A DNA stretch of 64,000 bases from Hormiphora californensis (lineage: Eukaryota; Animalia; Ctenophora), in assembly GCA_020137815.1 (NCBI GenBank), contig CM035355.1, positions 7,874,001 to 7,938,000 of the forward strand. The letters run 5' to 3'. Positions 37,001 through 48,883 of the stretch are shown here, in pieces (the first letter of the stretch is position 1; every line of letters starts with the position of its first letter). The position numbers were made by a program, and so were the translations under genes. A model generated the notes under the pieces. That model was given only the letters and a program-made list of their open reading frames with translations. It was not told where the DNA came from and did no database searches.

Positions 37001-37428
37001 ACAGGTGGCGGTCTTCAAGCTTAGAAAGAACAAATTTGTCTATTCATTTCTAAACAACTTTATAAGTAAAACAAGGAAGTTTTAGTTCAACAGTTTACAC
37101 ATGTTTCAATACAACTTTATAAAGAGGTAAATCATATGTTATAACATATAATTTACCTCTTTATATTATTTAGATTTCAGACATATGATATAAAACATGC
37201 ACGTTTTCACTTGAAGTATTAGTTGTTTACTAAGAAATGAATCTAGACAAATCTGTTCTCTCTAAGTTCCATGAAACATGTGTTGCGTCCTGCTGTATTA
37301 TTTCGTTCTCTCTAAGTTCAGTAGCTCCAATCAACCACAGTTCTTTCGCATTTGCCTCCTGTTTTGCTAAATAAGTCTAAGATTATAGTTGCCTGATATC
37401 CTTCATGAACAACACTTTCAGTATAACC

Positions 37429-40400
37429 ATGCTAAACCCACTTGATGAGCACGAGCCGCTTTTCTGTTCCCTAACCCAAGGTACGTCTTGAATTTTTTGT
37501 TTTAAAAAAGTTACGCCAGTTTTTACTCTTGCAAACTACTTCAAAACGTTACCAAAGTGATCTTTTTGTGCTGTTCAAGGAACCCTTTCAAGCTGGTAGC
37601 ATGACAATCCAACATCTACTCTGGTGGCGGATGCAGGGTACTAATAAACTGTTTCCTCAGGTATGGTTGATGGGGCACTTCTGAAGAAGAGGAAAGCAAG
37701 GAGATTCCGAACTACCTTCACGTCACATCAACTGTCAGCACTGGAGAGTGCCTTCTCTCAGACTCACTACCCGGACATGTACATGAGAGAGGAACTGGCC
37801 CTTCGGATAGACCTCACCGAGGCCAGAGTACAGGTTAGTGGGGTTTAGCATGATCACCTGTCAGCGCATTGGCCACGCGACATGACAACCGCGATCAAAG
37901 CATTGGCATGATAAGATGATCGCTATTATAGCGTATACGTTGCGTAGAAATATGCTATACTTAACGAAAACTGGTGTTGTTATATAGGTTGCTTTACTAA
38001 AAAAACAGCGTTTTTACATGTGGTTTTGCACCGAGTAAAACCTATATAAAAATCATTCAGCCCTATGTAATAATATGCTATTTTCGTCAGTATAATTATG
38101 ATGTAATGTCTCAACCATATGTTGCCGGAATGCAAAACAAAACTCCAGTCATAGCTGTTTTCTTCTTTGCAGGCCGCTCACTAAAGAGCTCTGGCTCAGT
38201 GGTAGAGCGTGATGCGAGCGAGCGATCTATCTTATCCATCTCTCTCTTTCGTCTATATGCTCTATCTCGCTCTCTCTCTATCTCTCTCTCTCTCTTCTCT
38301 CCTCTCTCTCTCTCTCTCCTTCTCTATCTCCCTTCTTCTCTCCTTCTCTCCTATCTTTTTCCTGTTTTTCTCCCATGTGTGTATTATGTGTCAGCTAAGT
38401 TGTTGTTAGTCAGTACGTCTTGCCTCTTGGCCTTCACGATATATGGATAATTTAATCGACTCAGTTAAACGGGGTGTCCGAGAGTACGCCAGGAGCAGCC
38501 GGACAAGTGATGGCCGGTCCACCCTTCACTTGGCAGTTCTAACTAATGCCTGTTCTCCCATTACTACCCTACTGGATGCCGGAGTCGACAGGTCCGCACA
38601 GGATCAAGTCGGAAACACCGCCATACACGTGGCTGCCACGGAGGGTGCGGATACTTCCCTGAAAACTCTCCTCACCTACCAACCACCGACCCTCAGCCCT
38701 GGAGCCAGTCCAGATGCCGGGCATCAAGGACCTGGTTGATTTGAGGAACAATAAAGGAGAGACTAGCCCTTCATCTGGCGTGCCGTGCAAATAGTCTCGC
38801 GTGTATCAAGCTACTGCCTGGAGAACTCTTCAGACATGTACAACATGACACCTGAAGGCAAACAGCCCTGTTCATTATGCGGTGAAATACGACAGTGTTG
38901 AGAGTGCGATACAACTGCTCAATCTGGACAGTGGACTGGCACACACAGACTCTAATAATGAACCACTGATCCACCTGGCTACTTCCAAGGAGATGGTGGA
39001 GTTGCTGGTGAAGTATGGGGTTGATAGCACTGCACGGGATAGCACTGGAGTTACCGCACTTCACAGTGCCATCAAACAAAGGAGCTATAAACTTTTGATT
39101 GCCCTGATACTGGCAAAGTGCCCACTGGATTTAACCGACAGCTTGGGAAATACAGCACTCCACACTTGTGTTTATGAAGGAGTACATCCATCCTATGTGA
39201 AGACCCTTGTGGTTTTTGGGGCTCCACTGGAGGTGCGAAACAATTCAGGCCGCACCGCCTATGAACTGAGCGAAGACCTTGTCAGAGGTCAACTAAAAAC
39301 AATACTTCAGTCGGTTGGTGCACATGATCCCGCGTTTATGTCAAGAGGGGCGGAAAGGGAGACAAGAGCCGGGCAGAGCTCCTCCACACATCCTCGGTTC
39401 AGGCCGAGTTGGGGAGAGAGAGATGCTGCTGTATTGTCAGTGGATGGGGGAGGGATAAAGGGTCTGGTGGCCACACAGATCCTCCTGGAGCTTGAGAAAG
39501 TCACCAATTCCCCAGTGGTGGATCTGTTTGATTGGATATCTGGGTCCAGCATAGGATCTCTTCTAGTCCTGGCCAATAGGCATGCTCAGTCCGATATAAA
39601 AGAGATGCAACTGAAGCTATTTGATCTGAAGAACAAGGTATTTGAAGGAACCCGACCATACCGCTCTGAGACTCTTGAAGAAACCATCAAGGATATCCTA
39701 GGATCGGACACTAGGATGTTGGATTCACTGTATCCCAGAGTCATTGTGACGACTGTAATAGCCGATGTCCGGCCATGTGTCCTGCACCTCTTCACCAACT
39801 ATGGTGAAACAAATGAGCACTCTTGGAAGGCTGCCAGAGCCTCCGGGGCCGCCCCAAGCTACTTCTCACCCTTCCAAAACAAATACCTAGATGGTGGGGT
39901 TATGGCAAATAACCCCACCCTAACCACACTGTGCGAGATGAAGAAGTATAGCGATCGACTGCCCGAGGACGTCGCTGAGCCCTGTAGACCTAGAATTGTG
40001 GTATCAGTTGGAACCAGTGCTGTGAAGAAGGTGGCTGTAGAGAACATTGACGTGGGGTTCAGACCCCGGAACCCGGTGGAAGCAGCTAAGTTTGCTTCAG
40101 GTGTGATGGATCTACTGAACACCCTTGTTGAACAGTGCACAAACTGTGATGGTCCGGCGGTCGAACAGGCGGCGTGTTGGTGTGACAGTGTAGGTGCGAA
40201 ATATTTCCGACTCCAGCCGGACATTGCGGATCCGACCCCTATGGATGAGAAGAATGATACGACAATAATTGAGATGTGCTGGCAGACATGCCAGTGGATT
40301 TATAGAGAGAGGGAGAAATTCGAGTCGATTGCGGATGAGCTTTACAGTAGTGCCAGCTCGTCGTGAGAAAAGTGAATATTTTTTGGGGAAATTTTACATG

Positions 40401-41973
40401 TTTAGGAAATTTAGTCATCGATTCTGATTATCGTTTGCCTCGGTTGTTTTTGTTGTTAGGAAAGTTTTGATGTTCTCTTGTTTTTTTTTCAACGAAACAA
40501 CTCACGGTGTTTTTATCGATTCCAGTTCCAAGGGTAACACTTAGCACCACAACTACATTACCCTTTCTCAGGTGTGGTTCCAGAACAGAAGGGCAAAGTG
40601 GAGGAAAAAAGAGAAACTAACAAAGATCCAAGCATCTTCTCTAACAGATGTCTCGTGCACCAGTTCCCTGGACAACCAACCTGCCCTTCAACCACGGTAA
40701 GCAGCATATTGTCGTATCTTCATTCTTCGTATCCTTTTTTAGATGTGTTTATTGATGTCGACATTTAAGTCACATTTAAACCTTCTTTCCCTCGATATGT
40801 ATTGAACTATACTGAAATTTCAGATCTGAGCCTTCAACTTCCCACCACCGGCACAGTACATTAGACCAAGCACAGCGGGACCTGACGAGTCTACTGACTG
40901 GCAATAATATCATTCTGAATCCATTATTAAACTACGCAGTTATGCAGTAAGTATATCAATTAGCATACACTACTTTATTAAATCTACCTATATTCATACA
41001 CACTAATACTATCCAACGAAATTTCGTTCACACTATATTTTAATATTTTAAATTTTAATATTTCGCGAAATATTGAAACTCCATAATTAATTTGAACCGT
41101 CCTTATTTAGGCAGCTGGAGCAGAGCAAGAGGGAGGAGGAGTTGAGGAAGATCAGAGAGTTCCTGGAAAGCAGGACGACTCTTGTTGATATCCCCGTTTG
41201 TAGCGTGGAAACTACCTCAACCACGTAGGTTAAAATGAAGGCCTCTCATTGGCTTAAAATGAAGGCCTCTCATTGGCTTAAAATGAAGGCCTCTCATTGG
41301 TTCACGCAACGGAAGTTAACCAAAAATGAAGGCCTCTCATTGGTTCACGCACCGGAAACTGACTAAAAATGAAGGAACTGATCTCTTACTGTGTAACTCG
41401 ATGTTAAGGACAGGGTTAAACTGTTATAGGTGACCATGGCTAGTTCACTGACAGTGCTGCTTGTAGTCAAAATACAGTAACGCAAAATACAGTAAGGAGA
41501 CGCGCACGGTGCATAACGCGCGGCAAAAAGTTCATGTGTCAGCACATACTAGCGCCCTGATTGGTCACGGTTGCGCGTCGTCTTACTGTATCTTCGTTTT
41601 CCATTACCGTTTTCCCACTACAAGCGACCGTGTGATGGTGGGAACTTTAGAAAATGGAGTTCTCAATTCTGTGTCAACAACTGGTTTACTAAACCGTTTA
41701 CTGGCTCCTAGTTGAGATAGTTCTAGCTCACACAACACCTATAGTAGTTCCGTGTCCTAAAGATAAACTTCTAGCTCACACAACACCTATTATAGTTCCG
41801 TGTCCTAAATTTAGGATCTTAAGATAAACTTCCAGCTCACACATACCACATTTTCAGATTGGACCGTGTCCTAAAGATAAACTTACAGCTCAAACATACC
41901 ACATTTCAGATTGGACCGTGAAAGTATAGCTGATAGTGTTTCCACGCTGAAGAGATACTACGAGAACCAATGA
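37429..41973 (+). CDS. PRD-class (aristaless-like, Q50) homeobox gene. Exons 37429-37480, 37661-37833, 40572-40696, 40824-40946, 41111-41224, 41910-41973
   Basis: Homeodomain [45 protein letters not shown]|[14 protein letters not shown] with the PRD-typical intron between codons 46 and 47. Downstream exons are in phase to a stop. Confidence 0.9.
38443..40366 (+). CDS. PLA2G6: Intronless calcium-independent phospholipase A2 beta-like protein (ankyrin repeats plus patatin domain); about 4 single-base frameshifts at 38695-38870
   Basis: Ankyrin motifs [15 protein letters not shown] and GNTALH; patatin motifs DGGGIKG, GSSIG, SGAAP and DGG are all intact. Confidence 0.8.
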
Positions 41974-41976
41974 TGG

Positions 41977-42084
41977 GCTAGATCACGTGACTTGTGAGAG
42001 CTAGATCACGTGACTTGTGAGAGCTAGATCACGTGACTTGTGAGAGCTAGATCACGTGACTTGTGAGAGCTAGATCACGTGACC
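41977..42084. repeat. 23-bp tandem repeat GCTAGATCACGTGACTTGTGAGA (E-box core) just after the homeobox stop
   Basis: About 5 copies; a separate ATTGG-containing repeat lies near 41230-41345. Confidence 0.85.
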
Positions 42085-42441
42085 TCAATCCACCCTGAAG
42101 AGATACTACGAGAACCAATGATGATCACGTGACACCTCAATGCAGGCGAAACTATATCGTTCATTGCCCAAATTCAATGAGAGGAAAATGACATGAACTT
42201 GTTATACGTCCATCTCTAGACCAGGGTGAACGGTAATGGTTGGATATTATATTTATAACCGATCGACCAAGGGTAAATTAAAAGATACAAACTCGAGTTG
42301 CTGAGCGACTTTGTGGTCGGCTGTTATTTTATGTTTATTTGTTGCCTAAATTGTTGTGTGTAAATTGAATTTTTCAAATGATCCGTTAAAAAACTCTTTA
42401 TTGATTGTTCTGTTTACGGTAATTAGTATCAATTATCCTCT

Positions 42442-42485
<44 letters not shown>

Positions 42486-42486
42486 A

Positions 42487-42528
<42 letters not shown>

Positions 42529-42556
42529 CTCTCTCATCTCTTTTCTCTCTCTCATT

Positions 42557-42716
<160 letters not shown>

Positions 42717-43003
42717 AACAAGTCTAATTCCTGGATAAATAGTATTACAGAACGGATAAAGTGTTCATTGGGATTCTTCAAATAGATATTATATTTCATT
42801 AAGCCACTCGATAGTTTGATGTCTAGACAACATTTGATCAATATTATGAAATATCATCGAAATTTCTGGGATCGCTATCGTTTTAAAATGATCATCACGG
42901 CATGATATTATATATAAGTGAGTCAAATGGTTATTCTTTTTTCTGCAGAAATAAGAAGATGTCTCTATCAGGTCGAGGAGCCCTGTTCTTCGAGAGAATC
43001 CAC

Positions 43004-43400
43004 ACTTATCAGCAACTCAACAATGCTGATAAAAAGCCCTAAGTGTAAATTGTGAGCACACCTAGACCGCCTACTGCAGACAGATGGGGAGTCCGGTGAG
43101 CAGCTCAGACGCCACACTGGGAGTCTTCCAGGGTAGGAGGGAACGCTTCAAGCAAAAGTCTGGTCTTCAACTTAGATTTGAACAACTCAATGGGGTGTAC
43201 AGATCTCAGGTCTAGAGGCAAAGAGTTCCATACTGTCGATAGAAACACCAAAATCCTCCTTCTCCTCAGTTTAGAGTTTGCATTAACACTCGGGAGTTTA
43301 GGATATTTCAGTTTATTGAAGTCAATCACTGAATTCGCCCTCGTTGGTCTCATACCTAGAATATTATCATCCCTAGGGACCAGTTCCTGTAATTACTCGT
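43004..43400 (-). mobile_element. 5'-truncated LINE (L2/CR1-group) 3' end; second copy near 43843-44110
   Basis: ORF2 C-terminal motif WNSLPLDLRS...LFKSKLKTRLL followed by a shared 3' UTR in two diverged copies. Confidence 0.7.
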
Positions 43401-45323
43401 ACAATTTTGTACGCTAACAGGCAGGCCTTGAAGGTTAGTGTCTGCTGTATTGGGAGGATATGAGCTTCCTTGAAATACTCATCTGCATCATAACTATCTT
43501 GATGGCCTCGCAAATTAAAGATTAGTAGTGCACTGTGCAGGTCCTACACTTAGTAGATACTGTGTAGGACGACGAAGAGCTTTAATAATAATAATATTAA
43601 GTTTTGTATACCGCCACAGACACGACAGGGCCAGATAAGTAAAACTGTAACTGACACTGACGAGCTTCAGAGCGGTATACCTCACGCGAAAAGGTCCTTA
43701 TATTCTCACACACTTTGGAAAAAACTCCTAGTTCAAGATATACTAATTAGATAACTGGTCACATAACGCTTAAAAACTGTTAAGATGAAAAAATTACAGA
43801 CTTTATTAAATAAAGGGAACAAAGCCAACAGCCCACACACTACTTATCAGCAGCTCAACAATACTGATAAAAAAGCCCTAAGTGTAAATGGTGAGCACGC
43901 CTAAAGACCGCCTACTGACAGATGGGGAACACGGTGAACAACTCAGACGCCACACCGGGAGTCTTCAGGGGTAGAAGGGAACGCTTCAAGGAAAAGTCTG
44001 GTCTTCAGCCTAGATTTGAACAACTCAATGGGGTGAAAAGATCTCAGGTCTAGAGGTAAAGAGTTCCATACCGTCGGTAGAAACACCGAAATCCTCCTTC
44101 TCCTCAGTTTATAAAAATGTTTCGGAACTTACGGTCATCTTGTTCCCGGAAATTTCCGACATTCAAATAACGTAACAAACTTAATTGTGGCATTTATTAA
44201 GAAAGATCACTAAGTGATCTTTTAATTTCCAATATATTGTCTCCATCTTCTTCAATTTGAATTTCAGATATTAAAACATTTCATTAGAAGGGCACTTAAT
44301 TAACCTATTATTACAGTCGCACGATACAATTTAGTTGTTTGAGGAACCTATCTCTATACTTCTTTCTCTCTTTCTCTCTTTCCCACTGAATAGCTTCTGC
44401 GGTTCCTTTACCAATACACAGTTCGAATGGAGACAATTCGGCGCTGTTTGCACCTCTTTTGTTGTTTTTCCGATAATTGTAGACCTACAATTTCTATAGC
44501 TTTTTTAATTGTGAGGTAGCACTTCAGCAGCTACAACCTATTATAATAGACACAAACTAATAGACACTAGGTACACTAGTGTCAAATTAGTCATGCTATT
44601 TTTTAATTTAATTCAAACACTGTCGGCCGTAGGACACAGTGACACTCAGTTGGTAGGTGTAATTATTTTGGGCTTGTAGCTTCGAAACAGAGTCTGAACT
44701 CTTTGTTTTTGATGCGGTTCTGTATTCTCTACCAGCTGCTACCCCCGCCGCATTCTCATATTCTGCTTTCTCTACCTCCCACATTCCCATATTCTGCTTT
44801 CTCTACCCCCCACATTCCCACGTACCATTAATAAATTATCATTATTAACGCGTAGTGTGTCTTGGAATAAACCAGAACGTCAGCCACCACCACATACCCA
44901 CCCGCAGATTAAGGTCCGTGCCCTGTGTGTGTGGTTAGTTCGACACGGCTTTCTACCATTAACTTAATTAATGCCATTCTAGGAATATGAGTCTTGTGGA
45001 CAGTGCTCAATCCAGCGATTGGAGAACTTGCCTCTTTATTTCGTTAATGCCATTCTAGGAAGAATTAAAGCAAATCTAGTATGCATTCCGGAATATATTA
45101 TACCAATATTATGCCAATATTATACTCAACAAATTTCCTGTTTTCTTATACTAGCTCACTAATTCTAGATAGAAAAAGAGCTTGCTAAGTACTTCCACCT
45201 CGTGCTGTTGTAACGCCACATTTCGCACAATTTAGGTACGATTTGTGGCAAGAATTCTTCGACCTTCTGTCGAATAATTTCCACAATTACAAATCTCAGT
45301 AAAACTATCTCTATATCTCTCTT

Positions 45324-45369
<46 letters not shown>

Positions 45370-45425
45370 TCTCTCTCTTTCTCTCTCTATCTCTCTCTCT
45401 CTGTCTCTCTCTATCTCTCTCTCTT

Positions 45426-45536
<111 letters not shown>

Positions 45537-45849
45537 AATTCTTCTGTTTCCTCTCTCTCACTCCTTCCCAGTTCTTTTATCTGACAGTTTATGTGAACCA
45601 GACCATACGACTACTTTAATTTGAACTGAGTATTTGATTGAGTTATGCTATTATAGTTACCGTTCAATCCTAGACTTGGTGATGTCATCACTTTTTATGT
45701 TATAAGCGCGGCTGTTATAATAGTATGACTGCGTCACCAAATCCTTGACACCCTTTGGAACCTTTAATTTCTCCCTCTCCCTATTTGTAGGAAAAACTCA
45801 GTTTGTAACCTTTTTCCCTATTTGTAGGAAGGATGTTAACCCCTTCACG

Positions 45850-48672
45850 ATGCTGACAATAATCTGCTTTCTGCTCTTCCCAACCTCTGCCTCACTCCGA
45901 GTTGCATACCTGTCCTCCTCGAACGATCCTTACTATGAAGCGAATGTAAGGATAGCTTACCTGGCAGCTAATGCCTCCCAGACGGATATCCTTCACGCGA
46001 GTTACAGTTCGGGATCACTAATGAGCCTAGTTCACGCGTGTTGTGAGTTAGTTGATGCTGGGGTGGGGGTGGTAGTTTCAGATTGTGTCTCGGCAGAGAC
46101 CGCCACTCAAGCTGATATCCTGTCACCCCTGGGTGTCCCCATGATATCAGTCTCTGCCACGGATCCGTACCTGAAGACTGCCGCCCGGGACAAGCTCATC
46201 ACAATGTCCCCTTCGGACAGTTTCCAGGGTGAGGCAGTGTTTGATTTGCTGAAACATTTCGATTGGCAGCGACTCAGCATCCTGGCATCTTCCGATAGTT
46301 ATGGGACAAACGGGCTCATTAAACTACAGCACCTGGTGACTGATGACCCCGTCCTCCAGATCGATCACACCCTTTTCTTTGATATCGGTGGCCCCATTGT
46401 GAACGTGAAAACTCAGCTTCTGGAGCTGAAAGATTCCCTAGCAAAGGTCATACTCCTTCACTGCGGGTCAGCGTACGCTCTCCAAGCTCTGAACATAGCA
46501 AATGAGATAGGTCTCCTAGGGCCTAGTTATGTGTGGATCCTAACCGAGGCCATATCTTCCATGCCCTCTGCGATTGCCGTTAATGGCTCGTACCCCAGCT
46601 ACTATGATGGGCTGCTGGGCATCCGGACGGCCATGGATCATGGACGACAGTTCACCGAGTTCAAGGATTCATATCTACTGAGCTCAAGGGAGACCTCACT
46701 GGAGGACATCACAATTTACAGCATGCAGGTATTTGATGCGGTAACAACTGCAGCAAAGGCAGTGAGGGAGTTAGGTGAGGAGGAGAAGGTTGCCCCACCG
46801 CAAGTTAGCTGTGACGAGGAGGGAAAGTGGGGAGACGGACAAACGGTTTATGACACACTTGTGAAACAGAAACACCTTGGTTTGGTGGGGGATGTGGCAT
46901 TCACGGCCGATGGAACTAACCGAAGGGTCAAGTATGAGATTCTCAACTTCAGGGACGATAAGTTCGTCTCAATTGGATCGTGGAGTAACAGCACGAGGAA
47001 GTTAAACCTGAGTCGAGCACCTAGATTTCTTGGCGGCGTTAACAAGCCCCCCTCGGCATTTGCTAATAACCTGATTGGACGTCATCTCAAACTGGGCGCC
47101 CTCGCAGAAGGCCCCTTCATGTACGAAGCAACGGAGGGATGTGAGGGGAACAAGTGCTGGTCGGGGATCTGCCACGAGCTGGTGGAGAGACTATCCCAGG
47201 AGCTGATGTTTACGTACGAGTATGTGAAGCCACCTGATGGGCACTGGGGAGGTGAGGCGAATGGGTCCTGGAATGGCCTCATCGGGGAACTGATCCAGGG
47301 AAATGTGGACATGGTCCCTCTCCCCCTGTCCACCAGCTCCGCCCGGAAACAAGTCATAGACTTCAGTTACCCGTTCATGGATGCCGCTATTACTGCCATG
47401 GTGAAGGGAGAATCTAAGACGAGCAACATTTGGTTCTTTCTCAAGCCTTTTGATAGTGTGGTGTTTCTTGGAATGACGCTGGCTAGTGTTCTTGTGTCAC
47501 TGCTAGTGACTCTGAAGGAGAAGATATCACCGTACGGGAAACACGGGGCCAAGCTGCAGGCCCTTAAGACATGCCTGTGTAAAAGCTGTGACATGTGGAG
47601 GTATGACACGGGGCCCCACGTGATACGGAGACCTAAATCTGATAGCACAGGGTGTTTAGTTGACAAGGTCGAGGACATCAATACAGAGGAAACATCGCTC
47701 TTCAACTCTCTGTGGATGATTGATGCGGGATTGGTTGGCAAGGCAACGAGATTCCTTCCCTTCAGCCTGGCTGGCAGGTTCCTATTATTCACCTGGTGGT
47801 TCTTCATGCTAATCATGATCACTGTTTACACAGCCAACCTGACAGCCTTCATGACGCTGAACAACATGGGAGTCCAGGTAACCCAGGTGATCGATCTCCT
47901 CGGACAGACCAAGTTACGGTGGGGCGTTATCGGGAATAGGAACCCCCAGACCCTGCTGATGACCAACCAAAACACGATTTACAGCAAGATAGCAACGGAG
48001 GGTGAGACTCTGACTGACCTGGGTGAAGCATTGGGGAGGCTGCGGGATGGTTCATTCGTGTTCATTGACGAAGTCCCCATTCTGGCACATCACCTGAAAG
48101 ATGATTGCGATATGCTGCCCATTGGAAGTGAGTTCCAATCCTTTGAGTACAGCTTCGGCATCCCTAAAGGATCTCCGATCAAGTATCTAATTGATCGTCA
48201 TCTCCTGGAGTATCGGGAGACGGGGATGATCGATGAGTTATGGGCAAAGTGGTCGCCTGTCAACGCTAAATGTGAAACTAAAGTAGGGAATGAGATTATT
48301 CTGGATATGAAGATGTTAGCTGGAGCATTTTACATCCTGGGAGCGGGGATTCTCATTTCTATAATTCTTCTGATCGGTGAAGTCCTCTATGCTAGTATCC
48401 TGGATGTCACCAAACCTCCTAATCCGTCATTCACGGAAGCAATAAAACGTCGGTTGGATCTAAAGCGGGAGTACCTATTTGCCCCTAAACCGGGCCTCAG
48501 ACGTCAGGCGTCCATGGTTCACATGACTAATAGTAGCAACCCGAGGATGTCTAGAATGCAGAGTACCAGTCGGCCCAGCAGCATTACCATCCAAGGAGGG
48601 GGAACATTGGAGCACCTCATTGATAGTTCCTTTGAATCTCCCCCCTCTGAGTTACTGAAACACGGTCTTTGA
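45850..48672 (+). CDS. Intronless ionotropic glutamate receptor family subunit, ctenophore Epsilon type, probably glycine-binding; likely start is ATG 45850
   Basis: Signal peptide, ATD, S1 (NLIGRHLKLG..EGPF..CEGNKC..STSSARK..IDFSYPF), M1-M3 with VYTANLTAF, S2 (WGVIGNRNP..FVFIDE..FEYSFG) and M4. As I recall it, very similar to the Mnemiopsis ML032222a ligand-binding domain. Confidence 0.95.
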   Translation: MLTIICFLLFPTSASLRVAYLSSSNDPYYEANVRIAYLAANASQTDILHASYSSGSLMSLVHACCELVDAGVGVVVSDCVSAETATQADILSPLGVPMISVSATDPYLKTAARDKLITMSPSDSFQGEAVFDLLKHFDWQRLSILASSDSYGTNGLIKLQHLVTDDPVLQIDHTLFFDIGGPIVNVKTQLLELKDSLAKVILLHCGSAYALQALNIANEIGLLGPSYVWILTEAISSMPSAIAVNGSYPSYYDGLLGIRTAMDHGRQFTEFKDSYLLSSRETSLEDITIYSMQVFDAVTTAAKAVRELGEEEKVAPPQVSCDEEGKWGDGQTVYDTLVKQKHLGLVGDVAFTADGTNRRVKYEILNFRDDKFVSIGSWSNSTRKLNLSRAPRFLGGVNKPPSAFANNLIGRHLKLGALAEGPFMYEATEGCEGNKCWSGICHELVERLSQELMFTYEYVKPPDGHWGGEANGSWNGLIGELIQGNVDMVPLPLSTSSARKQVIDFSYPFMDAAITAMVKGESKTSNIWFFLKPFDSVVFLGMTLASVLVSLLVTLKEKISPYGKHGAKLQALKTCLCKSCDMWRYDTGPHVIRRPKSDSTGCLVDKVEDINTEETSLFNSLWMIDAGLVGKATRFLPFSLAGRFLLFTWWFFMLIMITVYTANLTAFMTLNNMGVQVTQVIDLLGQTKLRWGVIGNRNPQTLLMTNQNTIYSKIATEGETLTDLGEALGRLRDGSFVFIDEVPILAHHLKDDCDMLPIGSEFQSFEYSFGIPKGSPIKYLIDRHLLEYRETGMIDELWAKWSPVNAKCETKVGNEIILDMKMLAGAFYILGAGILISIILLIGEVLYASILDVTKPPNPSFTEAIKRRLDLKREYLFAPKPGLRRQASMVHMTNSSNPRMSRMQSTSRPSSITIQGGGTLEHLIDSSFESPPSELLKHGL

Positions 48673-48883
48673 TAGCTGAACAATAAACACACAGATAACT
48701 TGTTGAGTAGCCAACAACAGATAACAGATAAAAGTAGCAGACATATCAGAGTGAGATTACATGCAGCTCCCAGTCCGTATATTTATCAAATATATATCAC
48801 AGACACTATCACAGACATTAAAGAAAAGTCTTGACCCTGTCCACCGCGAGACAAACCAGTGCTACATCGGTAACACAGTTTTT

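Noticed and set aside
38190-38215. tRNA or SINE (GGCTCAGTGGTAGAGC)
   Set aside because: Only an A-box-like stretch is present, with no B box or cloverleaf.
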